This document shows positions 17,750-31,734 of a stretch of 64,000 bases of DNA, in pieces. The notes below the pieces were generated by a model. That model was not told where the DNA came from. It was given only the letters and a program-made list of their open reading frames with translations, and did not search any database. The DNA comes from the human T2T-CHM13v2.0 reference genome, Homo sapiens. Numbering within the stretch: position 1 is the stretch's first letter; every line of letters begins with the position of its first letter. The stretch is from assembly GCF_009914755.1 (NCBI RefSeq), contig NC_060939.1. One strand, written 5' to 3'. Made by a program: the position numbers and the translations under genes.

Positions 17750-18110
17750 GTTTCAGTGGGGGGTATGTCAGGCTAGGACAGTCAGAGCACTCATCTGGAC
17801 ACAGTGATTATTCTGAGGATGGAAGTAGGACTTAAGCCACTGAGACTCCATCCTGAAATGCCTTACTGAGAATTACTGAAGGCAGAGCCATAGAATGAAG
17901 CCAAACACTACTGAGGGCCGTCTTTGTCACTTGAGGGAGAACATGACTAAGAATGAAGCCAAAAGTAAGGAAAGAAAAGGAGATCCCTGATGTCAATGTT
18001 TGGGCACCTGGATATATCTCTGAACTTTAATTGTGTTAGGTAATACATTTCCTTCTTGGTTGGGTCAGTTTGAGTTTGATTTTTGTCATATGCCCCAGAA
18101 AGAATCCTAA
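17750..18110. mobile_element. MaLR LTR (MLT1-like) fragment
   Basis: Typical MLT1 end motif (gtcagtttgagtttgatttttgtcatatgc...aaagaatcctaa). Confidence 0.5.
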
Positions 18111-18202
18111 TGATCATACCAAAATGCAACTGGATGAGCGTGATTTTATTATTGGGAAATAATCTTGCCTTGGTTCCAATTAATTTAGAAAAAGAAACTG
18201 TT

Positions 18203-18490
18203 GGCTGAGCACGGTGGCTCACACCTGTAATCCCAGCACTTTGGGGGGCCAAGGCGGGCGGATCACGAGGTCAAGAGATCGGGACCATCCTGGCCAATAT
18301 GGTGAAACCCCGTCTCTATTAAAAATACAAAAATTAGCTGGGCGTGGTGGCGGGTGCCTGTAGCAGCTACTCGGGAGGCTGTGGCAGAATCACTTGAACC
18401 CAGGAGGCGGAGGTTGCAGTGAGCTGAGATCACGCCACTCCACTCCAGCCTGGCGACAGAGCGAGACTTTGTCTCAAAAATAAAAAAGAA
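18203..18490 (+). mobile_element. AluS with TSD AAAAAGAAACTGTT
   Basis: Consensus Alu with direct repeats. Confidence 0.92.
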
Positions 18491-18699
18491 AAAAAGAAAC
18501 TGTTTGCAAATTTTGACATTTTATTACTTGTAACATATTGGTGTTCTGCTGTAGTTCATGGGGCCAGTGATTGAATTTAATTTGGAAGATGCTATATTTC
18601 AAGGGCCTGTTGCGGTGCCCAGAAAAGTACTTAATAAATGAGTTGAATGAATGTGTCATGGAAGTAGGAAGTGTATAATCTACATGAAAACCATGTACA

Positions 18700-19027
18700 G
18701 TCATAGTCATGCATTACTAACAAAGGGGATATGTCCTGAGAAATGCATCATCAGGCAATTTCATCATTGTGCAAATATCAGAGTGTTCTTACACAAACCT
18801 AGATGGTATAGCCTACTATACACCCTGGCTATATGGAATAGCTTATTGCTCCCAGGCTATAAACCTGTATAGCACATTACTGTACTGCAAATTGCAGGCA
18901 ATGGTAAGTACCTGTTTCTCTAAACATAGAGAAGGTAACAGTAAAAATACAGTATTATAAACTTATGGGACCACTGTCATATATGCGGTGCATTGTTGAC
19001 CCAAAATGTTATGTGGTACATGATGAT
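18700..19027 (+). mobile_element. Tigger3a/MER7-type DNA transposon
   Basis: ctgagaaatgcatc...acacaaacctagatggtatagcctacta...ttatgggaccactgtcatatatgcgg. Confidence 0.8.
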
Positions 19028-19539
19028 ATTAATTTCTCCTTATCATAAATAAAGATGAGACTAATTCCACCACAGATCTGAATAACTGCTCTGTTTCCTT
19101 ACCCAAAAAAGCACATCTGCATACTTCTTTGATCTATGTCTTATGCCAAAAAATGTCTACTGTCCCACTATATTAAAAGTAGAACTTTTGACACAAATGA
19201 CACCCTCAATCTTTTGAAAATCTAAGTAGATTATGCATATCAAATTTCCCTTGGTTATGTCTATTTCTCTGTCAGAGAATTCCAATATATTTAGGCATGA
19301 CTTTCCCTTGAAGAAAAGACACTACCTCTTCTTCAGCTGTTTCTGTTTGCTTAAGTGTTTGGCAGTTCTCTTCTTTATCATATATATTACTAGGGTGTCC
19401 AGTATAGGAGGGGAACTCGTCAACTTTTAAATTTCCAAGACTTCTTAGAATATTCTCATGGGGAGGGATTATATTTACATTCACTAGTCTTCAGGAAAAC
19501 AACTTGTTTTGTTGTTTTAAAATGTGCAGTGGATTTGCT

Positions 19540-19581
19540 TATAAGACACTGACAAAAACTCTTTATATCCATATCTTTATT
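19540..19581 (-). terminator. MYO5A: Distal polyadenylation signal of MYO5A
   Basis: AATAAA at 19581-19576, followed ~20-40 nt later by the GU/U-rich AGTTTTTGTCAGTGTCTT. Confidence 0.8.
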
Positions 19582-22118
19582 TAAACAAGTTTCCATAATA
19601 GCTAGGAGAATACAGCATTAATGACACACATTTACTAAGCACAACAATGGACAACTACAAATTTAGAGCATAAATGTAATTCTGATATTGTTTTGGTTTT
19701 TATCTTAGCACTAGGTGATATCTAGTGAAAACCCATGTTTCAAAGGCTTTTGTTGATATGAGATGAATTATTAACTTATTTTTAAAAATTGCACGTGAGA
19801 TATGCTAGAATGGGTTCTAGAGTCTAGAGTTAGTTGATAATGCCTTTCATGTCTCAGTATTTCTGCTTCCTTTTTAATGGGTAAATGTTTCACCTAAGAA
19901 CTTTCAAAAAATTGTATCAAAATTTTCTATGCAGATCAAAGTAGAATTCCTTTTCCAGACCCAACAAGGAAAAATATTTGAAAACTGCAATGTTCAATTC
20001 CATTTTAGTTAAAAGGATGTCCATTTCATAGTAAATTAATACAGTTAATAATTAAAATACAATATGTTAAATGGCATGAACTCATTTTTGCGCAACACTG
20101 TTAGCGCAATTTAAATCTCCCAAAGACACAAAAAAGTCAATTTTACTGCAGGATCCCACAAAAATACATAACCAGGAATCATAAATTACAACATATATAT
20201 CCACATTTAAAGAAAAAATTCACCATTTGTTGGGAAAAAATAATGGCTCAAATGATTTACGGAGCCTGAAATGTGGGCTAAAATTTTATAACATGATAAC
20301 AATAAGATTTGAAACTGCTGACTCTGAAAAATGCATAAAAATATACTAACCTGCCAAGCACTGAATTATATATACCAGTTTCAACTAAAAAACAACATTT
20401 TTTCTTTCAAATATTTCAAGCATTACAATACTGAGGAAACGTTAGTCATATGAATCCAATAACGCCCATTAAGTTAAGCTAACGAACATTTTAGATAGAC
20501 CAAATTACAAATAAAAAAAGTATAAAAAGCATTTTGGAAGATATTTTACATAGTATTTTTCAGTTCCTCATCTATTGAGAAATCTACTATAATTCAGGTT
20601 GGTTTATCTAATTTAGGGTAATACAACAGATTTGAACTTATAGCACGCTTTCCTGTTTTTACTCAACCTTTTATAGTACAGGGTTCTTAAAAAATTTTGA
20701 AAAGAATGTCCACAAAAAGTTTGAGTTATACCCTTTACCTTTAGTAACAAAAGGTTAGTAGAAAGCAAGACATTTAAGTATTACCAAGAATCTAACTTAT
20801 CTCCATAATTTCTTTCATATATTCATTTGCTTACTTGTGACACAGAGTCCCACTAACTCAGAAGCATTCTCTAAGCTGGCCTCTCACTGGCTCTGAGACT
20901 GTTGCTGCCCCACAGTTCTAATTCCCATTTGGAAAGGAAAGAGGAAGTACAGGAGAAGGAGGGTCATGCAGGGCCACATCCAGTCAAAACTCTCACAAAA
21001 CCTTGAGAAACAGGGCAAGATATCCCTTCCAGGCAAGATATCCTTTACAGAAGAAAAGTTCTGGAGAACTTAAGGCAGCTCTAGAAGGGAAGGGAGCAAG
21101 GGTTAAGGCGGCCCTCACAGCACAGCCTGAGAACAAATTACAATGCACTCATCCATGAACAGAGGTCACGGCAATACAGATCCTCTTCAACGCGCATGCA
21201 CACGACACCCCTCCTAGCACCCATCAACACCTACGGCATGCACACACTGCAGTGCCCACGCACACACTGACTTGTATATGGCCTGCCCAGTGACAGCCCT
21301 CGGAAGGCACCCAGTGACTTGGGCTCCCCTGTGCTGAGGACCTAAACTGGGAAGGTGGCCTATAGCTGCAGGCCTGTCCAGGCTGCACAGCTCACCTGGT
21401 GGCTCCAATAAAGACTCTGATGGGTGTGGGGAGAGTAACTTTCCTCTTAATTTCAGAGAGGCTTTTGCTGTTTCCTGTCTTTTTGGTTGAGACAACCTGC
21501 TACCAATTAATGCCCAAACAGAGTATTGCATCCTCCCAGAGAGCACTGATTCATGACAGAAGTCAAGCTGAGTTATAGCAAGTAACTATGACAAAAAAGA
21601 AAACCACCTGGCGCTGAGCACTTGGTCTCCTTAAAACAAGTAACTTGGTACGCAGCACTTGCTCGGTTCCCACATGCCAGCTGCCAACTCTGATAAAAAA
21701 GCACCCCTTGCTGGCCAGGGGCATTCCACACGTACCAGGAGGGGCAGCACGTGACCTCACGACATTTTTAAAGTCTCCTGCATCACAGGTGCCCACACCA
21801 CCACTGCTCCATATGGGAAAGCAGGACAGCCGGAGGGCTGTGCGACATCAGGCAAGTCACTGCCCCTATCTCTATTCCCAAGCTATCATCAGAAATGATT
21901 GTAGAAGCGACCCCACCTACCGTCCATGCTGCTGTGAGGATGAAACGAGGTAACAGAGGAAAGCGCCGCAGGAAAGCATATCTGGACCCAGGTACTGTTT
22001 CTGCATTACTTTCAACAGGATGCACTAGTTTTGGCTCTGTTTTATCACTAAGCAGCTGACATTACCCAGAGGATCCTTGACTATGCCTGCTAAGGAACTC
22101 TATGAATTAGTGACGGGG

Positions 22119-22152
22119 GTGTGTGTGTGTGTATGTGTGTGTGTGTGTGTGT
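22119..22152 (+). repeat. (GT)n microsatellite; reads (CA)n in the MYO5A 3'UTR
   Basis: Direct; one interruption. Confidence 0.95.
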
Positions 22153-24656
22153 AAGAGAGAAAGGGCATTGTGTGAGGACTTCTCAGGATGGTGGCAGGTG
22201 CCCATTTTCCTAGGGTTACCATGAAAGTTATTTCTCACAACAATCACTGCACTGAAATTATAATAATATAGTATTTTCATAGCCTCCCCTAACATGTAGC
22301 TGTAACCTTAGTAAAAGATTTGATCTATATTACACATAATTACTCACCCAGAAAGAGCCAACTATGAGCTATCCATGGAAATGAAGAAATAACACAGCAA
22401 ATTCTCCAAACTGACAATAATCCCCAAATTCCCTATCAGTTGGCTTCGGAATATGTTTTTGTGCTTCTGCACCTGACAAAAGAAGCATCAGATATGTGGA
22501 AATTTTTTAAACTTCCAAAGGAATTAGAAGCTACACTTTGTGGATTTTATCCCATATTTATCTTCCCTCCTTTTAGAGTTACTCTCAGGCAGATCAAAGC
22601 CTTAACCTGAGGAAAAGCTGCAAAAAGGGAAATTACTTTTAAATTTTCAGCTTCAAGTTGTAAGGGTGTGAGGTGAGTCTGCATGTAGTAAGGTGAATGG
22701 GGAGGGGATTATTAAGATAAAGAACTGTTGTGACTTTTAAGATCTCTTCCTTTGAATTCCCATTGTGTGTCACAAAGGAATTAAGAAAAAGTTGATGACT
22801 GATCTTCTGAAGGAATGCATGCAGAGAAGTAAGAACAACAAGGACTGTGCAAAGATTGGGCTGATGGTAAGCACCAGGAAGGCCAGCAGGGGCAACTGAG
22901 GACTGACTCCATCCACCTGCCTTCAGTGCACAGTCAAACAGCAGGCAACGGGATAGACGATTAAGTTGAGGGAAGGGGAAGAGTGAATGAGTAGGGGAAA
23001 GGCTGGCAGGGTGTGTCTGAAGTTGGGTGAGAAAGTGTGGCTGACAGAGAGAAAGAACCTCAGAGGGAAAGCAATCCTCAAACTGGCCCAAAGATCCCCA
23101 TAGTCGGCAGAATCTTCTTGTACCTTCAAGAAAATGGTATACAGAATCATTTACTGGGCCTTGGGGTTCCCTGGTTACAAGGTATTCTTGTCAATGACTA
23201 AAAATCTCCAGGCCACCAAGAGAGGTTAATTCAGACCCCCATCTGGAGCTCTGGGTAGACCTGGGAGGAAGCTGGAGCCCTGGAATAGCAGAACCTTTGT
23301 GCCACCATCGCTGAACAGGAGAAACCACCAAGGGCAGCTGTAGGAGCTCTGGCTCCAGCACTTGACAGGACAAAGACAGGAGATGGGAGAGAAGGGCTCA
23401 GACCACAGCCTTTCTTTCATGACGCTTCAGTACATGAGCTGTCCGGAGTAAAAAAAAGGGCTGCATGGCAGTGACAGCTACAGCATGACCTGGAAGACCT
23501 GAGAAGATTCAGGGTGCACGTTGAGTCGTGCTACACAGGATGAAGCTGGGGGAGGTCTGGGAGATTTCCAGGGCTGAGGCGGACAGCCTGTACCACGTTG
23601 CATTTTCTTAGCAACTCCCCAACTTACAGCCTATCGGATGCTGTTAGATTCTGACACATTTGGTACGAACCAAATGGCTATGACTTAATTGTGCATTGAA
23701 AACCGCATTGACAACCAGGAAAAACTGGGAGAATTTGATGCAATTGGTAGTGTTTCTGGTTGATACTGCAAATAAATAAATAAATGTATTCAAACTGAAT
23801 AAAGCAATACATGATGTAATAAAAATTACTTAAACTAATTATAATACAAATATAGTAGGACCTTCTAAAAGCATGTACATAAATCATGTACATTTAAGAA
23901 AGGTTACAGCTACACAAACTTGTGATTTTACATTTGATTAATCCTAAGGAATTGACAGGCACTACACACTGGTCTTTCCATCAGAGAATGGACTTACTGA
24001 GTAACTGCAGCTTTTTCTCTCTAGAATCTAAGGGCTGAGAAGAGAGAATTTTAAATGTGGAGGAGATGTTAAGAATCAGTGTCCAACTCTCTTATTTTAT
24101 AAACGAGGAACTTGAGGCCCATGTAAATTAACAGACAGTATTTATCTTTTAATAACAATCTTTATCACTGATATGAAGCTGTTTGACTTCCATAAATATT
24201 GCACATATTTTAATAAGATTTGTCATTTTTATAGACCATCTAACAGTTAAATTTATATAACCTATGATTGTAATTCAGAACCAGAGTTTCTAATGAAAAC
24301 TAATAATTTGCTTTTGTGCAACCTGAAGGATTTATTGTATAAGATTCCTAAGAAAAATGGTGAATATGTTTAACTAGAATTTCAGAATGAAAACTTACAG
24401 AATCTGGGTCTTAATGAACCAAATCCTCTGTAAAATTCAACAATCTTCTATTTCTTATATAAGTCTTCTTAAAGTATTTCTAATATGATGCTTTTAAAAT
24501 TATCTAGTGGCATCTGAGAACACTTATAGAAGCTGCAAAGCCTTAAAAACTGAATCATAATGAAATATTTATTATATACCTTCTTTTGCATAATCAAAGT
24601 TTCAAGACCTGAATCGTGAATATACTGACAATCCTCTCTAGATAGTGAGTGAGATT

Positions 24657-24945
24657 CTTTTTTTTTCCAAGGCAGTGTCTCTCTCTGTCACCCAGGCTGG
24701 AGTGCAGTGGTTCGATCTCATTGCAATCTCCGCCTCCCAGGTTTAATCGATTCTCGTGCCTCAGCCTCCCGAGTAGCTGGGATTACAGGCAAGTGCCACC
24801 ACGCCCGGCTAATTTTTGTATTTTTAGTAGAGACAGGGTTTCGCCATGTTGGCCAGGCTGGTCTCCAACTCCTAACCTGAAGTGATCCGCCCACCTTGGC
24901 TTCCCAAAGTGCTGGGATTACAGGCGTGAGCCACCGCGCCCAGCC
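24657..24945 (-). mobile_element. AluS in the MYO5A 3'UTR (sense to the mRNA)
   Basis: Alu consensus. Confidence 0.92.
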
Positions 24946-25434
24946 GAGATTAATTCTTAATAAATTAAGAAGAGAGAAAACCTGTCAAGGTTGAAAATAT
25001 GCACTGAAGGAATCAGATCTGGTAGTTAAAAATAAGTCACTTCACAGAACACTGTACCCTGACGCAATATCCACCCAGGGAAAATTAATGAGCACATCAA
25101 TGTAATACATCCTGAATAAATAATGACATCAACAATAGCCACTTTGTCTAATCCTACCCCTAAATGTCAAGCATTTTGTCATATTACTACATGACTTTCC
25201 AGTGTCTGCTACTTGTGCAGGTGAATCTGTAGGTATTTGCATATAATCCAGTTAAAACTGTGATCTGATTGAATTGTAAACAGAATTGACAAGAGAAACT
25301 TATTGTAGTGCCTAATATCACTTACATTTTAAGAAGACAGTATGTAGCAGCAATTTAAAATGCTCAGTAAACTATAGTACAAATGGACATCTATACTATT
25401 TAGCAAACCAACATTCCTTTAATATCTCTATATC

Positions 25435-25479
25435 ATAGTGACACAAATGAGGAATTACTTTACATATTGCCAGTTTATT
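25435..25479 (-). terminator. MYO5A: Candidate proximal polyadenylation signal
   Basis: AATAAA at 25479-25474 with downstream TTTGTGTC. Confidence 0.5.
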
Positions 25480-25983
25480 TCTTTGAACCAGTTTAACAAT
25501 ATCAACATAATTGATTACTAAACTGACATGATATGTACTCAATGGAGACTTTTCTTTCCATTCTCCTGTTTAGTGCAGAGGAGGTTCTTTGGTGCCTTCC
25601 TAACAACAGCTCATCTATGGAAGTTATACTTTTTATACCATTCAAACTCAGTGCTAAGGATTTAAAATAAATGCTGCCAGCTGAAGACACATTTTTCTCC
25701 TCCTTTCCTTCCTCCCTTCCTTCCATCATTCTCCTGTATGTAAACTCACGGTACCTAGTTGGTTAAGGATGAGTGTTGCTATAAAGATAACACAGCACGA
25801 AAGAGCCTATCTTTGTTTCCAAAGTGATGAAAGTATTCTAGGGAGATTTCCAGTTAATGACTTCTCATTTGGGAGATAATCAGTACTTTCTCTTTAAAAA
25901 TGTATTTTCAGTAACTCACTGGAAATAATGGGTTCTTATTTCGGGCAAGAAATGTATTGTCAATTTTTGCCTGGACATCACTT

Positions 25984-26136
25984 TCAGACCCGTGAAATGA
26001 AGCCCAGGCCGAGGCTGGCTGGAATCTGGATGGTTTCTAGTGCGAGGGAAGATGGGTTGAAAGGAAAGGTGACAGGAAAGATGTGTTTAGCATCCATGAG
26101 CAGCTGGGGAGAGTCTTTCCTGTCTCGTAAACGCAT
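25984..26136 (-). CDS. MYO5A: Myosin Va last coding exon (MRLRDRKD...GFISRV*)
   Basis: ttctcag|ATG...GTC TGA; matches the myosin Va C-terminus. Confidence 0.97.
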
Positions 26137-26410
26137 CTGAGAAGATTAGGAAAAAAAATAAACAGAGCATCAGTTCTTTGAATCTAAAAGACTTTTTTCT
26201 ACTAAAATTTCTACCCTCAAATTCTCAACTAATGAAGAATGTTTACTTTTGTTTTAAACTCACTTCATTTTCCCAATTAACTATTATCAAAAAAGTTAGT
26301 GCATTGTAAAATAAGATAATAAAAGATAACACATTATCCTTCAATAAATTACAAAATGTCCATTCAAAAGACTGTGTTGGTGAATCAAAGAAGAAGATGG
26401 GAGCTCTTAC

Positions 26411-26491
26411 CTGTATAGTACGAATGAACGACACAGAGACTCTTTCTTCAAACTCATTAACTGGAGTATACAAATTCAACACTTTCACAAT
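26411..26491 (-). CDS. MYO5A: Myosin Va penultimate exon (IVKVLNLY...IRTIQ, 81 nt)
   Basis: tcacag|ATT...CAG|gtaaga. Confidence 0.97.
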
Positions 26492-27681
26492 CTGTGAGAA
26501 ATGAAATGATCAAAGTTTTTGGCATATTATCAAATACACACTGGGTACCTATAATCTGGAAAATTAAAAGGATCTGTGCGTACAGATTTCAGTTCTACTC
26601 AGGGGTGGGCTGGGACCAGAAGGAAGGAGGAGCTGGTCTGCACATTTACCTTTATCTGAATTTTTACAAGAGAATGTATCAATGTAATGTTTGTGTAATA
26701 TTGTAAGAAGCTGTGTAAATTTCGAAGATATTCAAATAGCACAAGAGAATAAAACATGAAAAATAAATGTCCGCACTTCCATCCTTCCAGTCTCCCAAAG
26801 TGGCAATTGTTAACCATGTCCTGAACACCCCCTCTAGCTGCTATAAATATTCTAGTTCATTTTATTTTTATACAAATGGGATTCATTCTATTAATACTAT
26901 TCTGCAACTTTTCTCCATATAAAAATGTTAGCCGTATTAATACAATTATCTCTTTTGAATGTTTTTTAAATCATATTTTTATAAAAGATCATAAATAACA
27001 TGAATAACAAAAGCCCCTAAAGAAATTAATCAATTAGAGAGTATGAAGTTCTTTTTTAAAAAGTTCAATAATTTTTTTTTGTAAAATGGTCATGTCTCTT
27101 TTCTAATGAAAATAAATCATCGTCTATATAAGGTAGATATTTCCATTTTCAAGGTATTGTCTAAACCTGTGCTGTCCAATACAACAGTAGTAGTCACTAG
27201 CCACATGTGGCTATTAACACAAAATGAAAATAAAAGTTGAATGCAGGACAGTGCTGATCTATAGGAAAATAAATTAAGCACCAGAGAACTAGAAAGTGGG
27301 CATGTTGTTATCAGGTCTGTGGGTGACAAACTGAATTAGGGATCAGTCTCTCGGAGGCAAGTATTTGAATTTTAAAAAGTGGGACCACTTTGTTAACTAA
27401 TATTTGCTAAATAAATAAACTGCAGGTCTGCCTCACTCTGTGAAATATGCTTAAAGTATATTTAAGTATTAAAGTATATTCTTTAGAAGTTGAATGGCAG
27501 CCAACTTCTATAAAGTTGGGCTTCCTCCAGGGTATTCTTACTTTCCACACTTGCAGAAACTGGGAGGAAATCTCAGGACCATTGTTCTGTCAGATAGTTC
27601 TGCTTTATTCTTAGTAAGAAGTTATGCAAACATGAATTCAACATTAAGAAGCCGCAAGTCTTGATTCTGATTGTCTACTGA

Positions 27682-28174
<493 letters not shown>

Positions 28175-28240
28175 TAATTGTATTGGGCAAAACTGAAAAT
28201 TTCATATGTTGTAGGATATATGATGAACATTAAGAAAGTT

Positions 28241-28550
<310 letters not shown>

Positions 28551-29334
28551 AAAGTCTAAGAGTCAGCACAGAAAATAACCGGGCAAAAGAAAATTGGGCA
28601 TGTTCATGCCTGTGCCTTGCTTCATGCTGTCACTATAATCCTCAAATGCCCTTCTCATTCTTCCACTTCCTTAAATTCAATGCCCAGATTAATGGGACCT
28701 TCCCTGAATACTGCTATCTTCCCTCAGTACTTCCTTTAGGCATCTTACTACAGAATTTGCTAGAACCTCTACGGTAGAGTCAGTTGGATACGACTCTGTC
28801 TTCCCTACTGAACTGTAAGCTCCTTGAAGGCAGGAATTTTTCCTTATTTATTGAAGCATCTTCCCCAGCAATAAATATGGTGCCTTGAGATGGAGGCTTA
28901 ATTAATCATCTGTTGAAGTAACAAGAATTATCTGTCTCTAAAAACAAAGTCACTATTTGATAATCCACTCAATTATCAAATAAGATAGAAAGCTATTTTA
29001 TGGAATATAAGCTGCATAGACTGTATACTCCATGAGAGCAGAGACTTTGTTTTGCCTATGGGTGTATCCCAGTGCCTTCAATGTTATATAGAACACTGTA
29101 AGTACTCAATAAATATTTGCTGAATATTAAATATATTTATACTGTAATTAGCACTGAAATGTATTAATTTCTGGCAAAATCTCCTTGCTTTAAGATTGGT
29201 AGAGGCATATATCTTCTTGAACACAGATGAAGTCAGCTCAGAGATACAAGCAATAAGTAGAGGACTTCTTTACTTCCCTAAAGATCATCTTTGATGAATG
29301 TTAAATTATTTTGTAACAGGGAAAGTTGCTCTAC

Positions 29335-29509
29335 CTGGGCAGTAGTTAAAGCATTGCACATAGAACAAATGGCTTCTGCATCATCATCTGTTTTCTTTTT
29401 CACTTGCAAAAGTTGAGCAGCCTGAATGAGAGGTTCCAGGGTTTCTTTAGCCCCACTATTCATCAGATTCTTGTCACGCAGCCATTCTTCCAGTTGACTG
29501 ACATTGTAC
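29335..29509 (-). CDS. MYO5A: Myosin Va DIL domain exon (YNVSQLEEW...LTTAQ, 175 nt)
   Basis: ttcatag|G TAC...CAG|gtagag. Confidence 0.97.
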
Positions 29510-30460
29510 CTATGAAAAAAAAGAGATACAGAGAATGCAAATTTGCTGAATTTTGTCAAAAATGTCTTAATTTTTTTGTGTGCGGCCTTGTCAGGATTTA
29601 TGTTAAAATGACAGGCAGTATTTTTGTTCAATTTTCTTAAATCTCATCAGCTGTGCTTAAAAATTTATTATAGTCATGAGGATTATAATCACCATTATAT
29701 AAGACTAAATGACAAGATAATGTAATTCTCTTTAATGGAAGATGGAAATGAAGTCATTATGGCAAAAGTTATTAGACTTGCTAATAAACAAAATAGAATA
29801 ACATAATGTAGCTCTGTCTTTATTGGGGAGCTGGCCAGAAAACACTTTGTAGCTTCTCTTACAATTTCAGAGCTGGGTTGCTGTTGCAGGGTGAGACTTG
29901 ATAATCCTTGAAGCACTCTCTCTTAAGGCAAACTCCAAATCAGGTAACTGAATAACCAAAAGCCCCACATATACCTGTGCTGAAGCCTTAAGGGAAGAGC
30001 CTAGGAGATGAAGATGGTGGCCTGAGAAAGCTCCGGGATGAAAGGAGAGAGAGGCAAGGGAGGGCCACTGGAAGAGACAAAGACTCCAAATGGTGACAGA
30101 GACAAACTACAAAGACATTGTAGGTTTCACAAAATAGCCAACCAAGTGGCAGCAGTCCTAAGACTGAGGTCAATAGACACACAATCAGCACTTAGCAACC
30201 AGGCAAATAGGGGCCAGCATAATATTGCGACAGGTGGCTCCACATTTCCATGCAGAGCTTATAGAGAAATATGCTCCACTATCTGAGAGGAAGGCATTAT
30301 TGTCTTAAAATTCACTACACTTCAATGTAAGTCAGGATGGAAAATTTGAAAAGAACACTAACAGTTCCTGAGATTGAGTAACTACTAAGACTTTGATAGG
30401 AGAAATCATTTTTCCCTCCTCTTGGTGAATATTCTAGCTGTTTTAAAATAAAAAATTTGT

Positions 30461-30784
<324 letters not shown>

Positions 30785-31347
30785 TTACAATAATGAGGTT
30801 ATGCTGAGGAGTATTGGGCATAAAATTAAGTGCAGCTTTTCTTAAAATATAGAGGGGGGATATTTTAAGAATTAGTAAAAGATCTATCAGACCTGTTCTT
30901 GTTGCCATAGGTACAAAAAGGTATTTTTCCAAAAATATATTTCTAAGAGCAATCAAACATTAGAAATCTTCATTATTATAATTTAATAATTTCTTATTGT
31001 ATAATTAAAACACACACATAAGGAGAGGAAGCAGCTATCTCATCTTTGTGTATTTTTGCATCATCTCTTCACTCCCCCAAATAAGCAAGCTTCACAGTGG
31101 AAAAGGGTTTCCTATCAAGAATGTGAAGAACCTGTTGGCAGGGTACAGACAGGGAGCAATAATGAGATGTGGTGAAATCCAGCCAGGCAAGGGAAAGTGG
31201 CTCCGTGCCAGTTTCTCCCTTGCTGCTTGGCCACATGGCACCAGACATGAGATGCAAGAACTGAAAACAAGTCATCAGCTCTCCACAACCCTGGCAGGCC
31301 AGCTGGGCAGCAAAAAGACACTGTCGCAGGTGTTGGCATTTGCTCAC

Positions 31348-31630
31348 CTGATCTGCATGCCTTTACTCCAGGAGCACATGTCCTTCCGCAGGAGAAGGTT
31401 GTTCAGGGTGATGGCCCCTATGATGTAGAACATCTGCTTGACCACCTGCTTGATCAGTTCAGGGTCCATGCCATGCTGACACATGACCGAGTGGAAGGAG
31501 TTGAGCTGCCGGAGGATGGAGTCCAGTGTGTAGGTGCCCTCATCGGCGATACTGGAGGTTCGCTTTCTCAACCCTGTGGGCTTCACCCCAGACACGCCCT
31601 GAATCGTTTCATGTTCCAGCATGCCTGAGA
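31348..31630 (-). CDS. MYO5A: Myosin Va globular tail/DIL exon (VSGMLEHE...GMQIR, 283 nt), including the RKRTSS CaMKII site
   Basis: ctgcag|TC TCA...ATC AG|gtgagc. Confidence 0.97.
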
Positions 31631-31734
31631 CTGCAGGAGTATTTCAATTGTTAGAGGAGATGATGTGGAAGGGAACCTTTCATGTGCACATATCCATGTG
31701 CACAAACACATGCACATTCAACTTAGGAAAATTA

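Larger units (their letters stand above)
17140..19480 (-). mobile_element. Ancient CR1/L3-clade LINE reverse-transcriptase relic, fragmented by later insertions
   Basis: Collinear degenerate motifs KGKSCL-NILEF...IIYLDFQK, SITGP, SKFANS, QFWS, VQKR, LEK. Confidence 0.75.
19555..25983 (-). other. MYO5A: MYO5A long 3'UTR (~6.4 kb; 3' end approximate)
   Basis: Repeat-poor sequence from the stop codon to a distal AATAAA with a GU-rich downstream element. Confidence 0.8.

Noticed and set aside
20088-20110. CAGUGU loop with an upstream C resembling an iron-responsive element
   Set aside because: Only 3 of 5 upper-stem pairs form and the lower stem fails in the IRE register
21013-21045. Short direct repeat GGCAAGATATCC x2 in the 3'UTR, and similar micro-duplications near 27450, 34143 and 57474-57535
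   Set aside because: Ordinary slippage-type duplications with no sign of function
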